Source: a virus
DNA length: 31,080 nt
Strand: one strand, 5' to 3'
Virus genome (UHGV): UHGV-0128382
A model generated the notes under the pieces. The model was not told where the DNA came from and searched no databases. It saw only the letters and a program-made list of their open reading frames with translations. Of the stretch, positions 1 through 8,935 are shown one piece after another (positions within the stretch are counted from its first letter, which is position 1; each line of letters opens with the position of its first letter). The position numbers and the translations under genes were made by a program.

Positions 1-49
1 TTATCAATTTGTTGCAACGAACAGGTCACTATCAGTCAAAATAAAATCA
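1..49. other. attP/attL P' arm fragment with arm-type Int-binding sites; core lies just beyond window start
   Basis: 'caggtcactat' at 22-32 and 'cagtcaaaat' at 33-42 match the lambda arm-type consensus C/AAGTCACTAT; the stretch matches the lambda P' arm as recalled and abuts the int stop codon. Confidence 0.7.
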
Positions 50-1120
50 TTATTTGATTTCAATTTTGTCCCACTCCCTGCCTCTGTCATCACGATACTG
101 TGATGCCATGGTGTCCGACTTATGCCCGAGAAGATGTTGAGCAAACTTATCGCTTATCTGCTTCTCATAGAGTCTTGCAGACAAACTGCGCAACTCGTGA
201 AAGGTAGGCGGATCCCCTTCGAAGGAAAGACCTGATGCTTTTCGTGCGCGCATAAAATACCTTGATACTGTGCCGGATGAAAGCGGTTCACGACGAGTAG
301 ATGCAATTATGGTTTCTCCGTCAAGAATCTCTTTGCATTTATCAAGTGTTTCCTTCATTGATATTCCGAGAGCATCAACATGCAATGCTGTTGGGATGGC
401 AATTTTTACGCCTGTTTTGCTTTGCTCGACATAAAGATATCCATCTACGATATCAGACCACTTCATTTCGCATAAATCACCAACTCGTTGCCCGGTAACA
501 ACAGCCAGTTCCATTGCAAGTCTGAGCCAACATGGTGATGATTCTGCTGCTTGATAAATTTTCAGGTATTCGTCAGCCGTAAGTCTTGATCTCCTTACCT
601 CTGATTTTGCTGCGCGAGTGGCAGCGACAGGGTTTGTTGTTATATGGCCTTCAGCTATTGCCTCTCGGAATGCATCGCTCAGTGTTGATCTGATTAACTT
701 GGCTGACGCCGCCTTGCCCTCGTCTATGTATCCATTGAGCATTGCCGCAATTTCTTTTGTGGTGATGTCTTCAAGTGGAGCATCAGGCAGCCCCCTCCTT
801 ATTGCTTTAATTTTGCTCATGTAATTTATGAGTGTCTTCTGCTTGATTCCTCTGCTGGCCAGGATTTTTTCGTAGCGATCAAGCCATGAATGTAACGTAA
901 CGGAATTATCACTGTTGATTCTCGCTGTCAGAGGCTTGTGTTTGTGTCCTGAAAATAACTCAATGTTGGCCTGTATGGCTTCAGTGATTGCGATTCGCCT
1001 GTCTCTGCCTAATCCAAACTCTTTACCCGTCCTTGGGTCCCTGTAGCAGTAATATCCATTGTTTCTTATATAAAGGTTAGGGGGTAAATCCCGGCGCTCA
1101 TGACTTCGCCTTCTTCCCAT
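50..1120 (-). CDS. int: Tyrosine integrase (lambda Int)
   Basis: 356-aa ORF; translation MGRRRSHERRDLPPNLYIRNNGYYCYRDPRTGKEF... matches lambda Int essentially end to end as recalled. Confidence 0.95.
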   Translation of the reverse strand: MGRRRSHERRDLPPNLYIRNNGYYCYRDPRTGKEFGLGRDRRIAITEAIQANIELFSGHKHKPLTARINSDNSVTLHSWLDRYEKILASRGIKQKTLINYMSKIKAIRRGLPDAPLEDITTKEIAAMLNGYIDEGKAASAKLIRSTLSDAFREAIAEGHITTNPVAATRAAKSEVRRSRLTADEYLKIYQAAESSPCWLRLAMELAVVTGQRVGDLCEMKWSDIVDGYLYVEQSKTGVKIAIPTALHVDALGISMKETLDKCKEILDGETIIASTRREPLSSGTVSRYFMRARKASGLSFEGDPPTFHELRSLSARLYEKQISDKFAQHLLGHKSDTMASQYRDDRGREWDKIEIK

Positions 1121-1316
1121 TTCTGATCCTCTTCAAAAGGCTACCTGTTACTGGTCGATTTAAGTCAACCTTTACCGCTGATTCGTGGAACAGATATTCT
1201 CTTCCATCCTTAACCGGAGGAGGGAATATCCTGCATTCGCGCACCCATCGACGAACTGTTTCAAGGCTTCTTGGGCGTCGCTGGCGTGCGTTCCACTCCT
1301 GAAGTGTCAAGTACAT
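1098..1316 (-). CDS. xis: Excisionase (lambda Xis)
   Basis: 72-aa ORF MYLTLQEWNARQRRPRSLETVRRWVRECRIFPPPVKDGREYLFHESAVKVDLNRPVTGSLLKRIRNGKKAKS; overlaps the int start as in lambda. Confidence 0.95.
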   Translation of the reverse strand: MYLTLQEWNARQRRPRSLETVRRWVRECRIFPPPVKDGREYLFHESAVKVDLNRPVTGSLLKRIRNGKKAKS

Positions 1317-1340
1317 CGCAAAGTCTCCGCAATTACACGC

Positions 1341-1364
1341 AAGAAAAAACCGCCATCAGGCGGC
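1341..1364 (-). terminator. Intrinsic terminator-like hairpin on the minus strand just upstream of xis
   Basis: Minus-strand stem GCCGCC / GGCGG with loop TGAT followed by TTTTTTCTT (plus strand 'aaaaaaccgccatcaggcggc'). Confidence 0.45.
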
Positions 1365-1765
1365 TTGGTGTTCTTTCAGTTCTTCAATTCGAATATTGGT
1401 TATGTCTGCATGTGCTATCTGCGCCCATATCATCCAGTGGTCGTAGCAGTCGTTGATGTTCTCCGCTTCGATAACTCTGTTGAATGGCTCTCCATTCCAT
1501 TCTCCTGTGACTCGGAAGTGCATTTATCATCGCCATAAAACAAAACCCGCCGTAGCGAGTTCAGATAAAAGAAATCCTCGTCAGTGCGAGGATGCTGTTC
1601 ATTGCTGCTATACACTTTTTTGCTCTCAACGTAAGCGGTAGCCCATTCTGTTGGGTTGGTGCAGTTGCTTTTAGGAAATGCTATTTACCCCTTAAATGTC
1701 GGCTGAAAGAGCTAAAATCCATGCAAAAAATTTACGCAATTTTGTGTATTATTGTGCAGTAAGTA

Positions 1766-2368
1766 ATGAGCTATTTTCTGCGCAAAAAATGGATGGTAAA
1801 TTTGTCCGGGTCAGGAAAAATTTTATGGGCGCTAAACATGAAAAAAGATTCGTATCCTTATTTGATTTGCATGACAGTTTCAGGGCTGATCTTTATTTTC
1901 CTTTTCTTCTGGTGGCGGGCAGATATCTACAGGGTCACGTTTCTTAATCAGAGTATATCCCACTATTACATTCTGTTTAGCATGGGAATAGCTTTTCTGT
2001 TATCTCTGTTTTGGGTTAAGAAGGGGATAGTAAAACAAAGAGGCTGGAAGAGTCTGTCAGCATACCTTAAGGTTTATGCAGGGATGTGCATATTTGCAGG
2101 ATTTTTTCTGATTATACCCCTTACGACACTAACTTATTTTTTGCCTGGAGAGACATCGTCTTATGTTGCACCGTATCGGTATACTTCCGGTAGTTCAAAA
2201 AGTTGTTCTGGAGCTGAGGTGGATGACCCCGATCTACATGAGAATATTCGCATTTGCTATCCGTATGGCAATTATGAGTACGATAATATTATCTATGTTG
2301 AAAAGAAAATTAATATATTAGGTGCGGTAGTGACATATGCACAGACCGCGCGTGATGATACTGAATGA
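1766..2368 (+). CDS. Hypothetical membrane protein, about 3 predicted TM helices plus a roughly 75-aa C-terminal soluble domain; accessory gene
   Basis: 200-aa ORF on the strand opposite the early-left operon; hydrophobic segments YLICMTVSGLIFIFLFFWW, HYYILFSMGIAFLLSLFWV, GMCIFAGFFLIIPLTTLTYFL; AT-rich coding; start codon uncertain (1766, 1793 or 1841). Confidence 0.55.
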   Translation: MSYFLRKKWMVNLSGSGKILWALNMKKDSYPYLICMTVSGLIFIFLFFWWRADIYRVTFLNQSISHYYILFSMGIAFLLSLFWVKKGIVKQRGWKSLSAYLKVYAGMCIFAGFFLIIPLTTLTYFLPGETSSYVAPYRYTSGSSKSCSGAEVDDPDLHENIRICYPYGNYEYDNIIYVEKKINILGAVVTYAQTARDDTE

Positions 2369-2402
2369 TATAGTATATAGCGGGCAAGTTTTAGTTAATT
2401 TA

Positions 2403-2426
2403 TCGAGGTAATATAATTTACCTCGA
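2403..2426 (+). terminator. Perfect 9-bp inverted repeat downstream of the 1766..2368 gene; possible terminator
   Basis: 'tcgaggtaa' - 'tataat' - 'ttacctcga', followed by a moderately T-rich 'ctcgtttgttctgg'. Confidence 0.35.
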
Positions 2427-2578
2427 CTCGTTTGTTCTGGTATTAATATTTCGCTTTACGACCGATTTTTATCTGATGATATCATGCGGTTTTCATATAC
2501 TGACTTACTGTCTTTTCTCCGTTAGCGATTTTCTCCTGCTCAGCGATGATTTTATCTTTGGCTTCTAGTTAATTTCGC

Positions 2579-2800
2579 TCACTTCGAACCTCTCTGTTTA
2601 CTGATAAGCTCCAGATCCTCCTGGCAACTTGCACAAGTCCGACAACCCTGAACGACCAGGCGTCTTCGTTCATCTATCGGATCGCCACACTCACAACAAT
2701 GAGTGGCAGATATAGCCTGGTGGTTCAGGCGGCGCATTTTTATTGCTGTGTTGCGCTGTAATTCTTCAATTTCTGATGCTGAATCAATGATGTCTGCCAT
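2579..2800 (-). CDS. TraR/DksA-family C4 zinc-finger protein (lambda orf73-like)
   Basis: 73-aa ORF with the CxxC...CxxC signature (CCECGDPIDERRRLVVQGCRTCASC); lambdoid phages carry a TraR homologue at this position. Confidence 0.8.
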   Translation of the reverse strand: MADIIDSASEIEELQRNTAIKMRRLNHQAISATHCCECGDPIDERRRLVVQGCRTCASCQEDLELISKQRGSK

Positions 2801-2898
2801 CTTCCATTAATCCCTGAATTGTTGGTTAATACGCTTGAGGGTGAATGCGAATAATAAAAAAGGAGCCTGTAGCTCCCTGATGATTTTGCTTTTCATGT

Positions 2899-3210
2899 TC
2901 ATCGTTCCTTAAAGACGCCGTTTAACATGCCGATTGCCAGGCTTAAATGAGTCGGTGTGAATCCCATCAGCGTTACCGTTTCGCGGTGCTTCTTCAGTAC
3001 GCTACGGCAAATGTCATCGACGTTTTTATCCGGAAACTGCTGTCTGGCTTTTTTGATTTCAGAATTAGCCTGACGGGCAATGCTGCGAAGGGCGTTTTCC
3101 TGCTGAGGTGTCATTGAACAAGTCCCATGTCGGCAAGCATAAGCACACAGAATATGAAGCCCGCTGCCAGAAAAATGCATTCCGTGGTTGTCATACCTGG
3201 TCTCTCTCAT
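2899..3210 (-). CDS. Hypothetical early-left protein (lambda orf61 position; start uncertain)
   Basis: 103-aa ORF whose start overlaps the 3' end of the next gene by 20 nt, as orf61/orf63 do in lambda; alternative in-frame starts at 3180 and 3114. Confidence 0.45.
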   Translation of the reverse strand: MRETRYDNHGMHFSGSGLHILCAYACRHGTCSMTPQQENALRSIARQANSEIKKARQQFPDKNVDDICRSVLKKHRETVTLMGFTPTHLSLAIGMLNGVFKER

Positions 3211-3382
3211 CTGCTTCTGCTTTCGCCACCATCATTTCCAGCTTTTGTGAAAGGGATGCGGCTAACGTATGAAATTCTTCGTCTGTTTCTACTGGTATTG
3301 GCACAAACCTGACTCCAATTTGAGCGAGGCTATGTGCCATCTCGATACTCGTTCTTAACTCAACGGGAGATGCTTTGTGCAT
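3191..3382 (-). CDS. Hypothetical early-left protein (lambda orf63-like)
   Basis: 63-aa ORF; size and overlaps match the lambda orf63 position. Confidence 0.6.
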   Translation of the reverse strand: MHKASPVELRTSIEMAHSLAQIGVRFVPIPVETDEEFHTLAASLSQKLEMMVAKAEADERDQV

Positions 3383-3537
3383 ACAGCTCCCCGTTTATTA
3401 TTTATCTCCTCAGCCAGCCGCTGTGCTTTCAGGGGATTTCGGATAACAGAAAGGCCGGGAAATACCCAGCCTCGCTTCGTAACGGAGTAGACGAAAGTGA
3501 TCGTGCCTACGCGGATATTATCGTGAGGATGTTTCAT
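3355..3537 (-). CDS. Hypothetical early-left protein (lambda orf60a-like)
   Basis: 60 aa from the ATG at 3535-3537, which overlaps the exo stop codon (ATGA); 28-nt overlap with the upstream gene, as in lambda. Confidence 0.6.
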   Translation of the reverse strand: MKHPHDNIRVGTITFVYSVTKRGWVFPGLSVIRNPLKAQRLAEEINNKRGAVCTKHLPLS

Positions 3538-4214
3538 CGCCATTGCTCCCCAAATACAAAACCAATTTCAGCCAGTGCCTCGTCCATTTTTTCGATGAAC
3601 TCCGGCACCATCTCGTCAAAACTCGCTATATACTTTTCATTCCGCTCAATCACGACATAATGCAGGCCTTCACGCTTCATGCGCGGGTCATAGTTGGCAA
3701 AGTACCAGGCATCTTTTCGCGTCACCCACATGCTGTACTGCACCTGGGCCATGTAAGCCGACTTTATGGCCTCGAAACCACCGAGCCGGAATTTCATGAA
3801 ATCCCGGGAGGTAAACGGGCATTTCAGCTCAAGGCCATTGCCGTCACTGCATAAACCATCGGGAGAGCAGGCGGTGCGCATACTTTCGTCGCGATAGATG
3901 ATCGGGGATTCAATAACATTTACGCCGGAAGTGAACTCAAACAGAGTTCTGGCGTCGTTCTCGTACTGTTTTCCCCATGCCAGCGCCTTAGCATTAACTT
4001 CCGGAGCCACACCGGTGCAAACCTCAGCCAGCAGGGTGTGGAAGTAGGACATTTTCATGTCAGGCCACTTCTTTCCTGAGCGGGGCTTGGCTATCACGTT
4101 GTGAACTTCTGAAGCGGTGATGACGCCGAGCCGTAATTTGTGCCATGCATCATCCCCCTGTTCGACAGCTCTCACGTCGATCCCGGTACGCTGCAGGATA
4201 ATGTCCGGTGTCAT
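3534..4214 (-). CDS. exo: Lambda exonuclease (Red alpha)
   Basis: 226-aa [68 protein letters not shown]... matches lambda Exo as recalled. Confidence 0.95.
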   Translation of the reverse strand: MTPDIILQRTGIDVRAVEQGDDAWHKLRLGVITASEVHNVIAKPRSGKKWPDMKMSYFHTLLAEVCTGVAPEVNAKALAWGKQYENDARTLFEFTSGVNVIESPIIYRDESMRTACSPDGLCSDGNGLELKCPFTSRDFMKFRLGGFEAIKSAYMAQVQYSMWVTRKDAWYFANYDPRMKREGLHYVVIERNEKYIASFDEMVPEFIEKMDEALAEIGFVFGEQWR

Positions 4215-4996
4215 GCTGCCACCTTCTGCTCAGTGGCTTTCTGTTTCAGGAATCCAAGAGCTTTCACTGCTTCGGCCTGTGTCAGTTCTGACGATGCGCG
4301 AATGTCGCGGCGAAATATCTGGGAACAGAGCGGCAATAAGTCGTCATTCCATGTTTTATCCAGGGCGATCAGCAGAGTGTTAATCTCCTGCATGGTTTCA
4401 TCGTTAACCGGAGTGATGTCGCGTTCCGGCTGACGTTCTGCAGTGTATGCGGTATTTTCGACAATGCGCTCGGCTTCATCCTTGTCATAGATACCAGCAA
4501 ATCCGAAGGCGAGACGGGCACACTGAATCATGGCTTTATGCCGTAACATCCGTTTGGGATGCGACTGCCACGGCCCCGTGATTTCTCTGCCTTCGCGGGT
4601 TTTGAATGGTTCGCGGCGGCATTCATCCATCCATTCGGTAACGCAGATCGGATGATTGCGGTCTTTGCGGTAAATCCGGCATGTGCAGGATTCGTTGTCC
4701 TGTTCAAAGTCCATGCCGTCAAACTGCTGGTTTTCGTTGATGATGCGGGACCAGCCATCAACGCCCACCACCGGAACGATGCCGTTCTGCTTATCAGGGA
4801 AGGCGTAAATTTCTTTCGTCCACGGATTAAGACCGTACTGGTTGGCGACGATCAGCAATGCGATGAACTGCGCATCGCTGGCATCACCTTTAAATGCCGT
4901 CTGGCGAAGAGTGGTGATCAGTTCCTGTGGGTCGACAGAATCCATGCCGACACGTTCAGCCAGCTTCCCAGCCAGCGTTGCGAGTGCTGTACTCAT
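4211..4996 (-). CDS. bet: Bet single-strand annealing protein (Red beta)
   Basis: 261-aa [69 protein letters not shown]... matches lambda Bet as recalled. Confidence 0.95.
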   Translation of the reverse strand: MSTALATLAGKLAERVGMDSVDPQELITTLRQTAFKGDASDAQFIALLIVANQYGLNPWTKEIYAFPDKQNGIVPVVGVDGWSRIINENQQFDGMDFEQDNESCTCRIYRKDRNHPICVTEWMDECRREPFKTREGREITGPWQSHPKRMLRHKAMIQCARLAFGFAGIYDKDEAERIVENTAYTAERQPERDITPVNDETMQEINTLLIALDKTWNDDLLPLCSQIFRRDIRASSELTQAEAVKALGFLKQKATEQKVAA

Positions 4997-5001
4997 CCGT
5001 T

Positions 5002-5418
5002 TTATACCTCTGAATCAATATCAACCTGATGGTGAGCAATGGTTTCAACCATGTACCGGATGTGTTCTGCCATGCGCTCCTGAAACTCAACATCGTTATC
5101 AAACGCACGGGTAATGGCTTTTTTGCTGGCCCCGTGGCGTTGCAAATGATCGATGCATAGCGATTCAAACAGGTGCTGGGGCAGGCCTTTTTCCATGTCG
5201 TCTGCCAGTTCTGCCTCTTTCTCTTCACGGGCGATCTGCTGGTAGTGACGCGCCCAGCTCTGAGCCTCAAGACGATCCTGAATGTAATAAGCGTTCATGG
5301 CTGAACTCCTGAAATAGCTGTGAAAATATCGCCCGCGAAATGCCGGGCTGATTAGGAAAACAGGAAAGGGGGTTAGTGAATGCTTTTGCTTGATCTCAGT
5401 TTCAGTATTAATATCCAT
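5002..5418 (-). CDS. gam: Gam, RecBCD inhibitor
   Basis: 138-aa [74 protein letters not shown]... matches lambda Gam as recalled. Confidence 0.95.
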   Translation of the reverse strand: MDINTETEIKQKHSLTPFPVFLISPAFRGRYFHSYFRSSAMNAYYIQDRLEAQSWARHYQQIAREEKEAELADDMEKGLPQHLFESLCIDHLQRHGASKKAITRAFDNDVEFQERMAEHIRYMVETIAHHQVDIDSEV

Positions 5419-5516
5419 TTTTTATAAGCGTCGACGGCTTCACGAAACATCTTTTCATCGCCAATAAAAGTGGCGATAGTGAATTTAGTCTGGATAGCCA
5501 TAAGTGTTTGATCCAT
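5373..5516 (-). CDS. kil: Kil, host cell-division (FtsZ) inhibitor
   Basis: 47-aa reading frame [47 protein letters not shown] starting at the internal ATG (5514-5516) of the 89-aa six-frame ORF; matches lambda Kil. Confidence 0.85.
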   Translation of the reverse strand: MDQTLMAIQTKFTIATFIGDEKMFREAVDAYKKWILILKLRSSKSIH

Positions 5517-5649
5517 TCTTTGGGACTCCTGGCTGATTAAGTATGTCGATAAGGCGTTTCCATCCGTCACGTAATTTACGGGTAATTCGTTCAAGTAAAG
5601 ATTCGGAAGGGCAGCCAGCAACAGGCCACCCTGCAATGGCATATTGCAT
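5485..5649 (-). CDS. cIII: cIII, FtsH/HflB inhibitor
   Basis: 54-aa frame [54 protein letters not shown] from the ATG at 5647-5649; matches lambda cIII. Confidence 0.9.
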   Translation of the reverse strand: MQYAIAGWPVAGCPSESLLERITRKLRDGWKRLIDILNQPGVPKNGSNTYGYPD

Positions 5650-5721
5650 GGTGTGCTCCTTATTTATACATAACGAAAAACGCCTCGAGTGAAGCGTTAT
5701 TGGTATACGGTAAAGCCGCAC

Positions 5722-6015
5722 TCAGGCGGCCTTGATAGTCATATCATCTGAATCAAATATTCCTGATGTATCGATATCGGTAATTCTTATTCCTTCGCTA
5801 CCATCCATTGGAGGCCATCCTTCCTGACCATTTCCATCATTCCAGTCGAACTCATACACAACACCATATGCATTTAAGTCGCTTGAAATTGCTATAAGCA
5901 GAGCATGTTGCGCCAGCATGATTAATACAGCATTTAATACAGAGCCGTGTTTATTGAGTCGGTATTCAGAGTCTGACCAGAAATTATTAATCTGGTGAAG
6001 TTTTTCCTCTGTCAT
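5722..6015 (-). CDS. ea10: Ea10-like early protein
   Basis: 97-aa ORF at the lambda ea10 position between cIII and ral; the true start may lie further upstream. Confidence 0.6.
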   Translation of the reverse strand: MTEEKLHQINNFWSDSEYRLNKHGSVLNAVLIMLAQHALLIAISSDLNAYGVVYEFDWNDGNGQEGWPPMDGSEGIRITDIDTSGIFDSDDMTIKAA

Positions 6016-6272
6016 TACGTCATGGTCGATTTCAATTTCTATTGATGCTTTCCAGTCGTAATCAATGATGTATTTTTTGATGTTTGATATCTATTCATAT
6101 CCTCACAGATAAAAAATCGCCCTCACATTGGAGGGCAAAGAAGATTTCCAATAATCAGAACAAGTCGGCTCCTGTTTAGTTACGAGCGACATTGCTCCGT
6201 GTATTCACTCGTTGGAATGAATACACAGTGCAGTGTTTATTCTGTTATTTATGCCAAAAATAAAGGCCACTA

Positions 6273-6473
6273 TCAGGCAGCTTTGTTGTTCTGTTTACCA
6301 AGTTCTCTGGCAATCATTGCCGTCGCTCGTATTGCCCATTTATCGACATATTTCCCATCTTCCATTACAGGAAACATTTCTTCAGGCTTAACCATGCATT
6401 CCGATTGCAGCTTGCATCCATTGCATCGCTTGAATTGTCCACACCATTGATTTTTATCAATAGTCGTAGTCAT
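6273..6473 (-). CDS. ral: Ral, restriction alleviation protein
   Basis: 66-aa ORF MTTTIDKNQWCGQFKRCNGCKLQSECMVKPEEMFPVMEDGKYVDKWAIRATAMIARELGKQNNKAA matches lambda Ral as recalled. Confidence 0.9.
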   Translation of the reverse strand: MTTTIDKNQWCGQFKRCNGCKLQSECMVKPEEMFPVMEDGKYVDKWAIRATAMIARELGKQNNKAA

Positions 6474-6543
6474 AAGGATAGTCCTGGTATTGTTCCATCA
6501 CATCCTGGGGATGCTCTTCGAACTCTTCAAATTCTTCTTCCAT
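6457..6543 (-). CDS. orf28-like small acidic protein
   Basis: 28-codon frame MEEEFEEFEEHPQDVMEQYQDYPYDYDY read by hand on the minus strand; its 3' end overlaps the ral start as in lambda; below the six-frame track size cutoff. Confidence 0.55.
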   Translation of the reverse strand: MEEEFEEFEEHPQDVMEQYQDYPYDYDY

Positions 6544-6686
6544 ATATCACCTTAAATAGTGGATTGCGGTAGTAAAGATTGTGCCTGTCTTTTAACCACA
6601 TCAGGCTCGGTGGTTCTCGTGTACCCCTACAGCGAGAAATCGGATAAACTCTATTCACCCCTACAGAGAGCAAAAGAGAAACGCCG

Positions 6687-7268
6687 ATGAACAACTCATG
6701 GTGGCAGGAACTAATGCATTTTTTCCTGCAAGGAATGACACTTAAACAGTTGATTCATATGCTAATCATCCTGATCATATTGATTATTGTTATGCCGGTA
6801 AGCGTAAAAGAATGGATAAACCTGCATAATCCAGAAATCCTTCCTCATTACTGGATGTATTACATCCTGTTGTTTTGCGTTAGCTATGTGCTTAACGGCG
6901 TTGTTAATTCCGCTTATCACGCTGTGACTGAAAGAATTGAGGTATTCGTTGCTCAGAAGCGCAAATCTAAAGAAGAAAAATATGTGCAAGATTTGTTTGA
7001 TTCGTTAACTCTTGGAGAAAGAGCGTATTTGGCATTCGCTGTAGCCGCTAATAACCAGCTACAAACGGAAAAGGGAGCTCATGAATCAATTTCATTGCTC
7101 AAAAAAGGACTCCTCGTTCGAAGGCCTCCTGCTGTTGGATATCCTGATACCGACCGTTTTGTTATTCCTGAAAGCTATAGACATGAGTGCTACATTCGGT
7201 TTGCCGGGAAGGCAGACAGCCTTATGGATGAACTTATCGCTCAGGATAAGCATGGCAAAAACAAGTAA
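6687..7268 (+). CDS. sieB: Superinfection exclusion protein B (SieB)
   Basis: 193-aa ORF on the plus strand inside the leftward operon, with hydrophobic N-terminal segments (LIHMLIILIILIIVMPV, YWMYYILLFCVSYVL); matches lambda SieB position and sequence as recalled. Confidence 0.85.
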   Translation: MNNSWWQELMHFFLQGMTLKQLIHMLIILIILIIVMPVSVKEWINLHNPEILPHYWMYYILLFCVSYVLNGVVNSAYHAVTERIEVFVAQKRKSKEEKYVQDLFDSLTLGERAYLAFAVAANNQLQTEKGAHESISLLKKGLLVRRPPAVGYPDTDRFVIPESYRHECYIRFAGKADSLMDELIAQDKHGKNK

Positions 7269-7284
7269 TTAGCAAATGAATTTA

Positions 7285-7593
7285 TCATCTCGCCGTCAGT
7301 TGTTTTGATTTCCGGTAGCCTGCCGCGTAAATAGCTACGTTTGGCAGGCAAACACTTCCACTGCATTCATCTACTTTCTTGCAGCGAAGGCTTCCGAGTG
7401 ATATTGCTTTTTCAGAAAGGCTTAACCGCTTTCTCGGGTCTTCCTGAACAGGTTCCTCACTGTCTGTGCCGAAGATCGAATCGATGATGTTGCAGATGGA
7501 ATCACGCTCGATGGCCAGCTTTCTGCGCCGCTCATGACGGCGAGTTTTGGCATTTCCTGCAAATGTTGATTTTCCGTACACGATTACCGTCAT
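7285..7593 (-). CDS. N: Antitermination protein N, P22/21-type arginine-rich motif
   Basis: Start placed at the internal ATG (7591-7593), which has a GAGGAAA RBS: MTVIVYGKSTFAGNAKTRRHERRRKLAIERD...; the arginine-rich motif resembles P22 gene 24 rather than lambda N; the 5' extension of the six-frame ORF lacks an RBS. Confidence 0.8.
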   Translation of the reverse strand: MTVIVYGKSTFAGNAKTRRHERRRKLAIERDSICNIIDSIFGTDSEEPVQEDPRKRLSLSEKAISLGSLRCKKVDECSGSVCLPNVAIYAAGYRKSKQLTAR

Positions 7594-7711
7594 GATGTTT
7601 TCCTCATGTGAAATGGCTTTGGTGGTGATGCGCCAGATGCTGATCTTCTGGTTGCTGTCGTTACTGCTGCAATTCACATCACCCCAAACCCATCTCGTTT
7701 GGTATCTGTTC

Positions 7712-7745
7712 GCGCTTTGTCAGCGCATCATCGAAGTTAAAGAGC
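7712..7745 (-). promoter_or_regulatory. nutL: boxA (GCTCTTTAA) and boxB hairpin (GCGCUGACAAAGCGC)
   Basis: Minus strand reads 'gctctttaa' (7737-7745), then 'gcgctgacaaagcgc' (7712-7726), a perfect 5-bp stem with a GACAA loop; matches the P22-type boxB as recalled. Confidence 0.7.
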
Positions 7746-7799
7746 CTGCCAATCTGTTCCGTTTGGCTGCCAGCGTCCTGCTGATGGCGATGATAATGA

Positions 7800-7990
7800 A
7801 CCAATAGTTCGATATTATCAAGAACTATAAGTACGAATTGTTTGTGGTTCATTAACTTAATGAGATATGTTTTTGATATGTAAAGGAATTTATTTTTGTA
7901 AAGATTGAAGATTGGTCAGTAGGAGAGAAAGAATTGTTTGCTGGCGTGTTAGTTCGTGGGTTAGCACATGTGCGGATGTTAAATAAGGTA
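7800..7990 (-). promoter_or_regulatory. Probable pL promoter/OL operator region (not resolved)
   Basis: By position between nutL and the terminator of the cI operon; AT-rich; contains a GTACG motif (7831-7835) similar to the OR half-sites. Confidence 0.35.
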
Positions 7991-8000
7991 GACGATCGTG

Positions 8001-8029
8001 AGGAAAAGAAAAACCGGCGCTGAGGCCGG
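8001..8029 (-). terminator. Rho-independent terminator ending the cI / rex-locus transcript
   Basis: Minus strand: stem CCGGC / GCCGG with a 6-nt loop, followed by TTTTTCTTTTCC; lies 7 nt past the stop of the 299-aa gene. Confidence 0.7.
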
Positions 8030-8035
8030 GTATAA

Positions 8036-8935
8036 TTATTTGATTATTTCTTTTATAAAGACTTCTTTCGGTTGGTATTTTTTATCTGATGATTTGAGCT
8101 GGTACGTTATTGTTATATCAGCACGTACAGCAAATTTACCTGCAAAATCTGATGGGTTTACGTTGGGGCCAAGAACCATATTTACTCTTCGATCTATTAA
8201 TCCAGGGATAACAGCAGCCCAACCTTTCTCTGGATTGTCGAGGTCTAATGCACGGATTTCAACATCAACATCAAAATGATCCTGAGTATATGACTCTGGT
8301 GTGAAGACAACTTCAGTTGGGGCTTTTTTAATGGTTTCAGCGGGAATGGTCACTGTACCACCCCCTGTACCTATGACCATCGTAGATCCTTCGTCTGCCC
8401 TAGCTGGGGCAAGCGTCTTAATGGAACTTTTGGCAAGAGTCTTCTTATTGGTTACCGTGCTTTCTATGATTGCTTGAAGACGGTCAGGTGAAATATTAGC
8501 CTCACCGGCACCAATATTGATGATTGTATTGTTATTTGCTTCAAAGTGGGAGGTGTTGCTTGGAGCCATAGCCTTAGTTGCTAGAACTAAGCCATATCCA
8601 ACCAGACCAATAACAACAGCACCAACGAGAGCGTTTCTCATTTTCCCATTTCCGATCTTTGCATGAGCGCCAGCAAGAAACTTGTCCATTTCTTCTTGGC
8701 TACCAAAGAGGAGTTTAATAACAATATCTTCATAAAGGCTTCCTGCTTCTAATCGCGCAACATGCACCGATATATCAAGGATATTAGCCCCTGTCAGTTC
8801 CTGCAAAACACCTTCTGATTGTTTTGCGATGGCCTCCCACCCTTGAAGGGAGGTAATCACATCTTTGATGCTTACAGGTTCTTTAGTTGAATAATATATG
8901 TTTTCGGTAAAGGTTAAAGATAATTCTTGGGACAT
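8036..8935 (-). CDS. Hypothetical single-pass membrane protein at the rexA/rexB position; candidate exclusion or abortive-infection protein
   Basis: 299-aa ORF with a GAGGG RBS, co-oriented with and immediately downstream of cI; one central hydrophobic helix (LVGAVVIGLVGYGLVLATKAMA, about nt 8573-8641); no family I recognise. Confidence 0.7.
   Translation of the reverse strand: MSQELSLTFTENIYYSTKEPVSIKDVITSLQGWEAIAKQSEGVLQELTGANILDISVHVARLEAGSLYEDIVIKLLFGSQEEMDKFLAGAHAKIGNGKMRNALVGAVVIGLVGYGLVLATKAMAPSNTSHFEANNNTIINIGAGEANISPDRLQAIIESTVTNKKTLAKSSIKTLAPARADEGSTMVIGTGGGTVTIPAETIKKAPTEVVFTPESYTQDHFDVDVEIRALDLDNPEKGWAAVIPGLIDRRVNMVLGPNVNPSDFAGKFAVRADITITYQLKSSDKKYQPKEVFIKEIIK

Noticed and set aside
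1384-1615. Two alternative minus-strand small ORFs between xis and the membrane-protein gene (61 aa with GTG start at 1615; 50 aa with ATG at 1536)
   Set aside because: Overlapping frames, weak RBSs, and an odd T/S-rich tail in one; could not decide which, if either, is real, so not reported as a feature.
1696-1947. 83-aa plus-strand ORF overlapping the start of the 200-aa membrane-protein gene
   Set aside because: Different frame overlapping the better-supported TM-rich ORF; no hydrophobic or motif support.
4559-5029. 156-aa plus-strand ORF inside bet
   Set aside because: Antisense to bet, which matches lambda; shadow ORF.
6199-6450. 83-aa plus-strand ORF and inverted repeat (6199-6226) between ea10 and ral
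   Set aside because: ORF is antisense to the early-left operon with no support; the inverted repeat is real, but I could not assign it a function beyond a possible RNA structure.
6620-6680. Direct repeat 'cccctacag(c/a)gag' twice upstream of sieB
   Set aside because: Short, only two copies, in a promoter region that appears lambda-like; insufficient to call a regulatory repeat.
7594-7677. N-terminal 28-codon extension of the N ORF
   Set aside because: The internal ATG at 7593 has a strong GAGGAAA RBS and gives an N protein starting like P22-type N; the extension lacks an RBS.
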